A stretch of 62,104 bases of DNA, the filler included, from Chiloscyllium plagiosum (taxonomy: Eukaryota), in the NCBI RefSeq assembly GCF_004010195.1. It is 3 parts of one record of this genome, joined end to end, with 100 filler letters (N's around TTAATTAATTAA, not from the genome) between each part and the next. Parts side by side here need not be neighbours in the genome. Positions count along the whole stretch, not along the records: positions 1 to 16,251 come from NC_057714.1; positions 16,352 to 38,147 come from NC_057714.1; 1 more part is not named here. One strand, given 5' to 3'. The notes under the pieces are model-generated. The model did not search any database, was not told the DNA's origin, and saw only the letters and a program-made list of their open reading frames with translations. Every line of letters starts with the position of its first letter. The stretch's first letter is position 1. Positions 11,761-22,284 of the stretch are shown piece by piece. The position numbers and the translations under genes were made by a program.

Positions 11761-12344
11761 TTGAACATAGTTATAGGGTCATGAAGGACTCAGTAGACAG
11801 TGGTAAGTTGTCTGGCAGACCACAAGAAATAATTCATCCTCTTATAGCACTGCATCTTGTCACATCTCTAGTGTTTTGTGGTCTAATCACCCACCTCCAT
11901 CCACACTGCCATCGTCATGTGTGATGGCCTTTTATTGTGATCTCTAGAGAACAGCTGTCCCTTCATTCAGACACGCCCTGTAGGAGCAACTCAAGGGACA
12001 GGTCACGAAAAACCTGGAGTGCCTCCAGCCTCTTATTTGCCATTTCTAGGGCTGGGTAGGGCTAGGAAATCACATTGATGGCCCTGGATTTCAGAGAATG
12101 AAGTGTTGTCTGGGTGCTTTTTAGATATGAAGTTAGAATGCTGAATACCTCCTTGGAGGCCCATCTGACAATTAGATCTGGAGATTTTTCTACAAATCAA
12201 ATGCAATGAGATTTAAAAAATGTTATCACTCAAGAAATATTCACCCACCCCCAGATAGAAGTCCCTTCTGTTTTCGAGTCCTGCCCTGACACTTAGTTTC
12301 AGAGAGAGAAAAAAAAACAGCCTACAGATTTTGGAGAGGCTGCT

Positions 12345-12690
12345 GAAAAAGGCCTGGATAGAGTAGACATTGCGATGATGTTTCATTTAGCAGGACCTAA
12401 AGACCAAGCCGTAGAGTAAAGGGAAGGCCAGTTAGAATGGAGGTGAAGAGAAACTTCTTCAGCTAGAGAGTGATAAATCTATGGAATCCATTGCCACAGA
12501 AGGCTGTGGAGGCCAGGTCATTGAGTATATTTAAGACAGAGATAGATAGGTTCCTGATTGTTAAGGGGATCAAAGGTTACGGGGAGAAGGTGGGAGAATG
12601 GGGTTGAGAAACTCCTCAGCTATGATTGAATGGCAGAGCAGATTTGATGGGCTGAATGGCCTAATTTCTGTTCCTACGTGTTATGGTCTA
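12345..12690 (+). mobile_element. CR1 LINE 3' fragment
   Basis: aaacttcttcagctagagagtg..ctatggaat..gatgggctgaatggccta..ttatggtct. Confidence 0.75.
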
Positions 12691-13952
12691 AACCATGTGA
12701 GTACCTGCAATACTTGTTACAGATAGCCACCGAGTACATTCACAATACACTGATAGTGTTACTGCTACTGAACACAAATTGATATATTAAAATTACAAAT
12801 TATATTCATTATATTCTGGTGGTTAGGAATATATAGTAAATAGATTGAAAGTTTTTGAAGATTTGCTTATATCAGCAGTTTAAATTTGTACATATGTAAC
12901 CGGTCACTTGGGTTTATCAGATTTTAGCATGTATGAACACGTTAGCCTGGGTGACCATGATCAAGACGGGTATTGAGAGGGAGGAAATTTTCCGGGAGGA
13001 GCCCAAGTGCCTCATTGTCATGTCAAAGAGACAGGTATGAGATAGCCCTGCTGCCTCTGGAGGCAAGATAGAGGCAACAATGGGTCTCACAAAAGAGAAA
13101 ATTGGTCCAATATTGAAGAGGCACTATCTTGAGGTTTATCTTTGTAGGTGAAAACATTGGTAGCACCCCTAACATTTTCAAAACTTCTCGAACTTTCATG
13201 CACTCTCACGCACTTAGCAAAGTTTCCCTTTTGACCCTACAAAACATTGCAATCACTCCTAATATCTATAAAGTAAAATAAAAACAATAGCCGAATAAGT
13301 CATTGGGAAATAAAACACTTCCCACCAAAGGTCTTGTCAGTTCCGACTAATGGCAACACAGCTTCACCTCAGATTGCAGCATTTCCTGGTTTCCTGTAAA
13401 GCAGGAGGCATCTTTTCCACTTTCAACTCACAATTCACAATCTCAATCATAAGGAGTCCCACATGATAGTGGTCATGATCTGAGCTTGCCATTGTTTAAA
13501 ATGGTATCAACACCTTTAAACAACATCTGGATGGTGCTGCAACATGTCCTTAGTTGCAATGGTGAAAATAGCCAGAGCCAGAATGGAGTTGGGAATTCTG
13601 GATCCAAGATGCGGCCCTCAACTTTTCTCTGTCTTGCCTTCACGTCAGTCCCATTAGGGACTATGAAATTCCAACTGAATGAATCTCACATCAATAGGAA
13701 CAATTAATTAGCCATCATATATCATTTTTACTCCTATCTTTCCCAGGATAATTTTACTGAGCCTGTTTGATGTGGTATACTGCACAGTCACCAATGCATA
13801 AACAGTGTAGTATGCTGCAAGCATTCAAACTCAATGGATAAGTATGTGCTTTTAATAGTATCCCACATTTTTAATCCCATTATATTTAAGTGAGTCCACT
13901 GAACATTTTTAGATTTAAGGACACATTAAATTCGAACAACATTTTACTTTTC

Positions 13953-14906
13953 TGGATGTAGATTTGCTCGCTGAGCTAGAAGGTTCATTTCCAGATGTTT
14001 CTAGGTAACATCTTCAGTGGGCCTCAGGCGAAGCAATGCTGAAAATTCCTGCTTTCTATTTATATGATTGGGTTTCTTTGGGTTGGTGATGTTATTTCCT
14101 GTGGTGAAGTCACTTCCCTGTTCCTTTTCTGAGAGGGTGATAGATGGGGTCAAACTCGATATGTTTGTTGATAGAGTTCCGGTTGGAATGTTGGAATGCC
14201 ATGCTTCTAGGAATTCTCGTGCATGTCTTTGTTTGGTTTGTCCTAGGATGGCTGTGTTGTTGCAGTTGAAGTGGTGCCCTTCCTCATCCGTATGTGAGGA
14301 TACTAGAGAGAGAGGGTCATGTTTTTTTGTGGCTAGTTACTGTTCATGTATCCTGATAGCTAGTTTTCTGCCTGTTTGTCCAATGTAGTGTTTGTTACAT
14401 TCCTTGCACGGTTACATTGGACAAACAGGCAGAAAACTAGCCACCAGGATACACGAACAGCAACTAGCCACAAAAAGACATGACCCTCTCTCACTAGTAT
14501 CCTCAATATGGATGTGGAAGGACACTATTTCGACTGGGACAACACATCCATCATAGGACAAGCCAAACAAAGACACGTACGAGAATTCCTGGAAGCATGG
14601 CATTCCAACCGGAACTCTATCAACAAATACATCGAGTTTGACCCCGTCTACCACCCCCTCAGAAAAAGGAACAGGAAGTGACTTGACCACAGGAAATAAC
14701 ATCACCACAGGAAATAACATCACCAACCCAAAGAAACCCAATCATATAAATAGAAAGCAGGAATTTTCAGCATTGCTTCGCCTGAGGCCCACTGAAGATG
14801 TTACCTAGTAGGGTAATGAAACATCTGGAAATGAACCTTCCAGCTCAGCGAGCAAATCTACATCCAAAACTTCAACCTGAGCTACAAATCTTCTCAAAAC
14901 TCGCTA
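13953..14906. mobile_element. Penelope/Poseidon-type PLE 3' end as ~950-bp fold-back (inverted pLTR) with 12-bp TSD
   Basis: The plus arm from 14414 encodes YIGQTGRKLATRIHE..FDWDNTSIIGQAKQRHVREFLEAWHS..SINKYIEFDPVY (GIY-YIG endonuclease, one frameshift). 13953-14411 is its reverse complement (PCKECNKHYIGQTG). TSD attttacttttc at 13941-13952 and 14907-14918. Confidence 0.92.
14788..14830 (+). ncRNA. Minimal type-I hammerhead ribozyme motif, CpG-decayed
   Basis: cca CTGAAGA tgttacc-tagtag-ggtaat GAAA CATC tgg: helix I cca/tgg, helix II ttacc/ggtaa, probable ancestral GAAACGTC. Confidence 0.65.
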
Positions 14907-16068
14907 ATTTTACTTTTCTTTCCAAGACTTTCTATTTCTTGCCACATTAACTGTTCCAATTAAACACCTTCACCCAGCTAGTAAGTTAGTCCACAGTTTA
15001 AAGTTTGAGGACTCATAATCAAGGGTATACGGCCATGATTGTAGTTTCTGCCAAGCTTCATATCACAATGGATACTTATCCTTCCAATTCAGAAATGTTT
15101 CCTTCTAAAATACCTGTACTCTCTACCACAAAACTTATTTTTAAAGGAAGATACTTTGATTATGGCTCAACTAATGGCCCTGTTCAAACAGCAGACCAAT
15201 GGAATTTTATATGGTTTCATAGGTTATTTGCCTGGCATTACTTGTGCAGCATAATTTGAGGATCATAAACACTTAAACCTGTGTTATAACTAAAACATCA
15301 ATTGGAGTGCCTCTGCTTGTTGTTTGTGTATGTTTTCCACTAAACCAATGCATTCCAGGAACCCCTACAGCTAAGATTTCTTTTGTCTAGACATACTTGG
15401 TTCTGTCGGTATTGTTAACTGTACCTGGGAACAAAAGATCCACAGAAATGCTGTAAATTCAATGACAAATCAACCCCGCAAGTACAAGAAAAGATAATAG
15501 GTTTACAAGGGTTACGGTGTCTGGACATACAAAAGAAACTTTATACAATATTTGATAACATACAAGTACGGGTATTTTCTAAGGTCAAGACCATAATATA
15601 GCATCTAAATGCCTGTATCTCAATAAAATCCACAGCTTAATGAGAGAAATATAACCAGAACCTCAACCAGAACTAGGCACTAACATGACTGCAATTAATA
15701 TGGAATAAGTTACAAGAATATATGGCAAATATTTAACAATACACTGGTGATTTATTTATCTTAATTGATTCAGTGTGTTATTAGGTTCATATGCATTTTA
15801 ATAGATTTTAAAAAAGAAAGAAGTGCAAGTTATATTTGCTGACATGAAACTCAAAAAGGCACTTTACACCCTATTTGCAGTATTGCGCTAATCAACACTT
15901 TTGATGGATCCAATTACATTGCACATTCTCCCATTCAAAACTCTATTAAAAATCTCACTAGTGTCTACTTGAAGAAGCAGTGCTATTCATTTGTCAAAAT
16001 GAAGAGGGTACAGGTATCCAATGTAAAAACAGGGATGAAGTCTGAAAGACCAACTGTATATATTCATA

Positions 16069-16251
16069 TTCTGGATCAGTGGTGCTGGAAGAGCACAGCA
16101 ATTCAGGCAGCATCCGATGAGCAGCAAAATCGACGTTTCGGGCAAAAGCCCTTCATCAGGAATAAAGGCAGAGAGCCTGAAGCGTGGAGAGATAAGCGCC
16201 ACGCTTCAGGCTCTCTGCCTTTATTCCTGATGAAGGGCTTTTGCCCGAAAC
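16069..16251. mobile_element. Young fold-back PLE derivative with intact hammerhead cores on both strands
   Basis: Perfect 53-bp inverted arms (16135-16187 / 16199-16251, 11-nt loop). CTGATGA-a-gggc-tttt-gccc-GAAACGTC on (-) 16159-16132 and on (+) 16227-16251, cut by the gap. Confidence 0.85.
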
Positions 16252-16351
16252 NNNNNNNNNNNNNNNNNNNNNNNNNNNNNNNNNNNNNNNNNNNNTTAAT
16301 TAATTAANNNNNNNNNNNNNNNNNNNNNNNNNNNNNNNNNNNNNNNNNNNN
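16252..16351. other. Assembly gap with artificial linker (44 N + TTAATTAATTAA + 44 N)
   Basis: Symmetric 100-nt block. The palindromic 12-mer gives stops in all six frames. An identical block lies at 38148-38247. Confidence 0.95.
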
Positions 16352-16622
16352 CTTTTCTCAGTCCCAACCCTCAGACTCAGCACCGCCTTCTTGACCTGCA
16401 ATCTTATTCCCGACCACTCCGCCCCCACCCCCTCTCCGGCCTATCACTCTCACCTTAACCTCATTCCACCTATCGTATTCCCAACACCCCTCCCCCAAGT
16501 CCCTCCTCCCTACCTTTTATCTTAGCCTGCTTGGCACACCCTCCTCATTCCTGAAGAAGAGCTTTTGCCTGAAACATCGATTCTCCTGTTCCTTTGATGC
16601 TGCCTGACCTGCTGCGCTCTCT
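16352..16622 (+). mobile_element. PLE 3' segment (same family as 1195-1798) with degenerate hammerhead at 16551
   Basis: Matches the reverse complement of ~1250-1510. CTGAAGAagagcttttgcctGAAACATC. Confidence 0.8.
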
Positions 16623-17347
16623 CAGAGGGTAGGTCATTGTGGAATTCTTTACTGCAGAGGGTGCTAGTTGAGTTGCAGGCTATTGAATATTGGATTGTTA
16701 AGTATATTTAAGGCTGATACAGATTTTTAATTATTTAAAAAAATCCAAGATTATAGAGAAAATGCAGGAAGGTGAAGTTTGAAGCTGTTAGATCATCCAT
16801 GACCTCATTGAATGGTGGGATGTTTTAATGGGATGGATGGTCTATTTCTGAACCTCTGTTTTATGGTCTGTGAACTAGTGACCAGATAATAATGAAAAAG
16901 GGCTTCAGCCTGGCAGCAGTTATAGAGATATACAGCATGGAAAGAGACTGATCTGTCCAATGAATTAGTTCCCAGGAAGCTGAGCTCTCTGTTCTAAAAT
17001 CAGCCATCCCTGATTCCATCACTGTTGCTGAAATTGCTGCCTCTCCCTTCTGCTCTGGTACTTTGGCAACATTCCCTGGCAGGGTCTGCTAGCATGCCAA
17101 GCCAAGACACTGGCATGACCCGCCAAGAGACCAGGCCCAGAACCCACCATAAGCTGTTGAGACGCCAGGCTGGGACCCGCCATGTGATGCCCAGAGGTAA
17201 AAACAATGACTGCAGATGCTGGAAACCAGATTCTGGATTAGTGGTAGACCAGGCCCAGAACCCACCATAAGCTGTTGAGACGCCAGGCTGGGACCTGCTA
17301 GGAGCTGCCAAGAGACCAGGCTGGGACCCGCCATGTGATGCCCAGAG

Positions 17348-17497
17348 GTAAAAACAATGACTGCAGATGCTGGAAACCAGATTCTGGATTAGTGGTGCTG
17401 GAAGAGCACAGCAGTTCAGGCAGCATCCAAGGAGCTTTGAAATCGATGTTTCGATGCTGCCTGAACTGCTGTGCTCTTCAAGCACCACTAATCCAGA
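17348..17497. mobile_element. Short fold-back PLE derivative with 15-bp TSD (hammerhead mostly deleted)
   Basis: ttctggattagtggtgct..ggcagcatc is mirrored by gatgctgcc..caccactaatccagaa. TSD atgtgatgcccagag at 17333-17347 and 17498-17512. Confidence 0.8.
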
Positions 17498-17769
17498 ATG
17501 TGATGCCCAGAGACGAGACTGATAACTACCAAACTGTCAAGACACCAGGCCTGGGACCCACCTCATGCCACCTAGAGACCAGGCTGAGACTACCAAGAGC
17601 CACTGAGACACCAGCTGTCACCCACCAGGTGCAGCTGAGAAACATTCTCTCAACTGTTACAATTCTTTATTCAATCTCATTCGGATCTTAATCAAACTGA
17701 TGCTGTCCACATCATGCTATTTATGCCAAATGAGAAGTGATTCTGTAACATCATGAGCAGCATGGTGGC

Positions 17770-18080
17770 AGTGGATGGCACAATGGCACAGTGGTTAGCA
17801 TTGCTGCCTCACAGCACCAGAGACCCGGGTTCAATTCCCGCCTCAGGCAACTTTCTGTGTGGAGTTTGCACATTCTCTCCGTGTCTGCGTGGGTTTCCTC
17901 CGGGTGCTCCGGTTTCCTCCCACAGTCCAAAAATGTGCAGGTCAGGTGAATTGGCCGTGCTAAATTGCCCTTAGTGTTAGGTGCAGGGGAATGGGTGTGG
18001 ACGGGTTGCTCTTCGGAGGGTTGGTGTGGACTTGTTGGGCCGAAGGGCCTGTTTCCACACCGTAACTAATCTAATCTAAT
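17770..18080 (+). mobile_element. HE1-type V-SINE (tRNA-derived), near full length
   Basis: A box tggcacagtgg, B box ggttcaattcc, V-domain (gtgtggagtttgcacattctc..ggtttcctccgggtgctccggtttcctcccacagtccaaa), CR1-like tail and (taatc)n. Confidence 0.9.
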
Positions 18081-18589
18081 CATTAGTAGGTTGCTCCAAG
18101 TCTAAAAATCTCTACACATCACACCTTCCCATGCTAATAGTTATATTAAACAAATGAGCAGTCTTATCATTTATCACGTCCCTAAATGATAACTATCTAA
18201 ACTATTTACTTATTCCTCTGTCACAACTTATGTGGAAATTTAAGAAATAAATCACTCCAAAGTCCTCAAACTGATTTATCACCATTTTGTATTCTCACTT
18301 AGCGTAAAAGGTTTTTAAATAAAATAAGTGCTAAAGCCAATCTCACCTTAAAGGAGCTATAAACTTTAGTTGAAGGTAAAAATCAGATTTTAAAAAATAA
18401 TAATGTAAAGGACTTGGGTAGTCTTGGACTGAAATGATAAAACGAAAAGAGTAAAGAAAGCCTGTCCACCATCATCTCTAGATAGGTAATGGATATCTTA
18501 GCAATATATCAGCAGATGTTTGGTCATTCCCTACCAAACTCAAAAACCAAGTGTGCAGCCTGAGAACAAATATTTAGAAATAATTTTTT

Positions 18590-19135
18590 TAAAAATTTCA
18601 ATTAATTCGGGGGGCATGCGCTTTGCTGGCTGGGACAGCATTTATTGCAAGTCCCCAGTTGCTCTTGAGGTGGTGGTGAGCTGGTGGTGTAGGTAGATCC
18701 ACAAAGCCATTAGAGAGGGAAATACAGTGTTTTGACCCAGAGATAGTGAAGAAATGGCCATACCATTTCAAGTCAGGATAATGAGTGGCTTGGAGGGGAG
18801 TTTGCCGGTTGTGATGTTTCCACGCGTCTGCTACCCTTTTCCTTCTAGGTGGATTTGGAAGAGGAAATTTCTTCAGTGCATTTTGTAAATGCTTCACACT
18901 TATGCTGCTGAGCATTGATGGTGGACGGAATGGGTTTTCATGGATGTGTCGATCAAGCAGACTCCTTTGACTTGGATGGTATCGAATCTCTTGACAGTTC
19001 TTGACTCATCCATCACATTCCTGACTTATGCCTTGTTGATGAAGGACAGGCTTTGGGGAATCAGGAGGTGCATTACTCACTGTAGTGCTCAGTCGCTGAC
19101 TGGGTTTTGTAGCCACTGCATGTATAATGCCAAGT
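18590..19135 (-). mobile_element. LINE 3' fragment (clade not determined); related tails at ~9315-9400, ~9600-9890, ~46780-47005
   Basis: Shared motif caccaccacc..tcaag(g/a)gcaact..gcaataaatgctg across these copies. Confidence 0.5.
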
Positions 19136-19137
19136 TC

Positions 19138-20402
19138 TGTTCAGTTTCTGCTCTATGATTTCTCCCAGGATGTGCTATCATTGTGCTATCATGCACTATC
19201 ACATTGTTCTATCATTATTCAGATGGGCCTGAAGAGGGGGCTCACGACCTAATACGCTAACGTTGGTTCCTCTCCACAGGTGCTGCTGGATCTGCTGAGT
19301 TTTGGCAGCAATTTCTGGTTTTACTTGTAAACATAACTGACCCGATTTACGTGGACTTGTCTATGCATGAGACTGAAACAAGTGATCAGTCTGCTCTGTC
19401 CCAATCACCACTCACTGACCAGCCCACTGCGTCCTGAACGAGTTATCGATCACTGAGAGGTAAACTTTCTTATACCCAATTTTCCATACAAGCAGACTTT
19501 GCATTTAAACTTCGACACTGTCCAGTTTTCAGTGAGTAGTCATTTGCCCACTGGCTAACCTCACAATTATGTCATCTCCCACACCCGGATTAATCACCTG
19601 GGAAAAAGCTTACCTTTGTTTTAACAAACCTTGAACATCAGCCAACCTTTTGATTCTGCTGCCACCTTTATGTCACTCAATCAAACACATAATATTTACA
19701 CAGACTATTCTTGTGATCAGGCACTCCTTTTCAGCTGATTAATAGTCACATATTGGACACATTTGATGCCCTGGTCTGTTTCAAAGAGAACTTCAACCAA
19801 ACACTCTGTGATGGTTCTGGTGAGAGTAAGAGTGAGGTTCTGCTAGAAGGTATGATCAATTAGGTGGGTGCATTAAGAAACCAACACCTCAAAGGTAATA
19901 ATGTCTGGAATATAACTGAAGTAGGTGAAGTTGTGAAGACCTGGAAATGTGTTCCTGGAAAAGCGCAGCAGGTCAGGCAGCATCCAAGGAGCAGGAGAAT
20001 CGAAGTTTCGGGCATGAGCCCTTCTTCAGGGCTGAAGAAGGGCTTATGCCTGAAACGTCGATTCTCCTGCTCCTTGGATGCTGCCTGACCTGCTGCGCTT
20101 TTCCAGCAACACATTTTCACCTCTGATCTCCAGCATCTGCAGTCCTCACTTTCTCCTAGAAGTTGTGAAGACCCCCAGCAGGCCAAGTAAAGCCGGAAGA
20201 GGTGCATTCGTTTAAAACCCTGCTATTGTCCTCCAGCTGCACACACAGTTTATTCATTCAGTCTCCAATGGACTCTACTCTTTCTCTTTTTTCCCTCTTC
20301 CCTTGAATATACTTTCATAACATCCTGTGACTCTCCCCAATTTTAACTGCCAGTGTAGTTTCATGCATTTCTATATCTGGTCATTGACTTTCCTGATCCA
20401 TC
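19138..20402 (+). repeat. Segmental duplication copy 1 (partner 21153-22284)
   Basis: Long colinear matches, e.g. ttacttgtaaacataactgacccgatttacgtggacttg at 19321 and 21469. Confidence 0.92.
19942..20158. mobile_element. Fold-back PLE derivative with head-to-head hammerhead cores, 15-bp TSD
   Basis: TSD gaagttgtgaagacc at 19927-19941 and 20159-20173. Cores at 20029-20002 (-) and 20032-20059 (+, CTGAAGA..GAAACGTC). Absent from the paralogous site ~22076-22095. Confidence 0.9.
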
Positions 20403-20536
20403 TACTGAAATGTTTGGTCAGGATTGGAAATTAAAAGGTAGAAATGCACAGCAAATGTTGTAAAAAGAAATAATCTAACTAATGTATTTCAGTCCATGGA
20501 TTACTTACATTACTCAGTGTTTAGGACAGAGACACA

Positions 20537-21098
20537 AGCGTGGGAAGGTGTGATGTGTAGAGATTTTTTGACTTGGAGCAACCTACTAATGATGTAACAG
20601 AACCACTTCTCACTCGGCATAGATAGCACGGTGTGGACAGCGTCAGTTTGATTAAGTTTATAATGAGATTGAATAAAGAATTGTAACAGTTGAGAGAATG
20701 TTTCTTAGCAGCTCCTGGGGGGTGTTAGCCTGGTGTCTCAGTGGGTTGTGGCAGGTCCCAGTTTGGTCTCTCAGTGGCATGAGGTGGGTCCCAGGCCTGG
20801 TTTCTCGATGGCATGGCAGTTATCAGCCTGGTCTCTGGGCATCTCATGGCAGGTCCTAGCCTGGTCTCTCGGCAACTCCTGGCAGGTTCTGGCCTGGTGT
20901 CTCCATGGCTTGTGGTGGGTTCTGAGCCTGGTCTCTTGGTGGCTCATGCCAGTGTCTCAGCATGGCATGCTAGCAGATCCTGCCAGCGTATGTTGCCAAG
21001 GTACAGGGGCAGAATGGAGAGCCAGCATTTCAGCAACAGTGATGGAACCAGGGATGGCTGCTTCGAGATCAGACAGCTGAGATCTTCCAGAGAGCACA
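20537..21098 (-). repeat. Inverted partner of the 16980-18135 repeat, without SINE/PLE inserts
   Basis: Reverse-complement similarity throughout. AATAAA near 20671. Tandem gcctggtctc units. Confidence 0.8.
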
Positions 21099-21152
21099 AG
21101 ATAAGCAGTGGACTCATCAAAGACTGTTGAACTTTTAACTTATTCCCCTACT

Positions 21153-22284
21153 TTCAGTTCAGTTTTTTTCTCTATGGTTGCCCCCAGGATGTGCTATCAT
21201 TGTGCAATCATGTACAATCACATTGTTCTATCATTTTTCAGAAGGCCTGAGGAGGGATCTCACGACCTGATACGTTAACTTTGGTTTCTCTCCACAGGTA
21301 CTGCTGGATCTGCTGAGTTTTGGAAATTAAAAGGTAGAAATGCACAGCAAATGTTGTAAAAAGAAAGAATCTAATTAATGTATTTCAGTCCATGGATTAC
21401 TTACATTACTTAGTGTTTAGGACAGAGAGACAAGCGTGGGAAGGTGTGATGTGTAGAGATTTCTGGTTTTACTTGTAAACATAACTGACCCGATTTACGT
21501 GGACTTGTCTATGCATGAGACTGAAACAAGTGAACAGTCTGCTCTGTCCCAATCATCAGTCACTGACCAGCCCACCGCGTCCTGAACGAGTTATCGATCA
21601 CTGAGAGGTAAACTTTCTTATACCCAATTTTCCATACAAGCAGACTTTGCATTTAAACTTTGACACTGTCCAGTTTTCAGTGAGTAATCAGTTTGCCCAC
21701 TGGCTAACCTCACAATTATGTCATTTACCACAAACGGTTTAATCATCTGGGAAAAAGCTTACCTTTGTTTTAACAAACTTTGAACATCAGCCAACCTTTT
21801 GATTCTGCTGCCACTTTTATGTCACTCAATCAAACACATAATATTTACACAGACTATTCTTGTGATCAGGCACTCCTGTTCAGCTGATAAATAGACACCT
21901 TATGGAAACATACAATGACCTAATCTGTTTCAAAGAGAACTTCAGGCAAACACTCTGTGATGGCTCAGGTGAGAGTAAAAGTGTGGTTCTGCTAGAAGGT
22001 ATGATCAATTAGGAGGGTGCATTAAGAAATCAACACCTCAAAGGTAATAATGTCTGGAATATAACTGAAGTCGGTGAAGTTGCCAAGAACCCCAGCAGAC
22101 CAAATAAAGCCGGAAGAGTTGCATTCGTTTAATATCCTGCTATTGTCCTCCAGCTGCACACACAGATTGTTCACTTGGTCTCTAATGGACTCTACTCTTT
22201 CTCTTCTTTCCCTCTTCTCCTGAATACCTTGTGACTCTCACCAATTTTAACTGCCAGTGTAGTTTCATGCATTTTTACAGCTGG
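21153..22284 (+). repeat. Segmental duplication copy 2, with a 143-nt templated insert (21320-21462)
   Basis: Colinear with 19138-20402. The insert matches 20424-20566. Confidence 0.92.

Larger units (their letters stand above)
16980..18135 (+). repeat. Unclassified repeat with internal ~25-nt tandem units; inverted partner at 20537-21098
   Basis: Colinear reverse-complement similarity to 20537-21098 once the PLE (17348-17497) and SINE (~17755-18080) inserts are removed. Recurrent gagaccaggc(t/c)gggacc units. Confidence 0.8.

Noticed and set aside
14068..14741. Two near-identical ORFs (106 and 109 aa) as a gene pair
   Set aside because: They are antisense frames of the palindromic Penelope GIY-YIG remnant.
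16296..16307. TTAATTAATTAA as a piggyBac site, homeodomain site or biological palindrome
   Set aside because: It is centred in symmetric N runs and identical at 38192-38203, so it is an artificial linker.
17100..17640. CRISPR-like repeat-spacer array
   Set aside because: The units are degenerate, nearly abutting minisatellite-type repeats without unique spacers, in a vertebrate context with no cas genes.
17775..17845. tRNA gene
   Set aside because: The A/B boxes run into a V-domain and CR1-like tail, so this is a SINE head with no complete cloverleaf.
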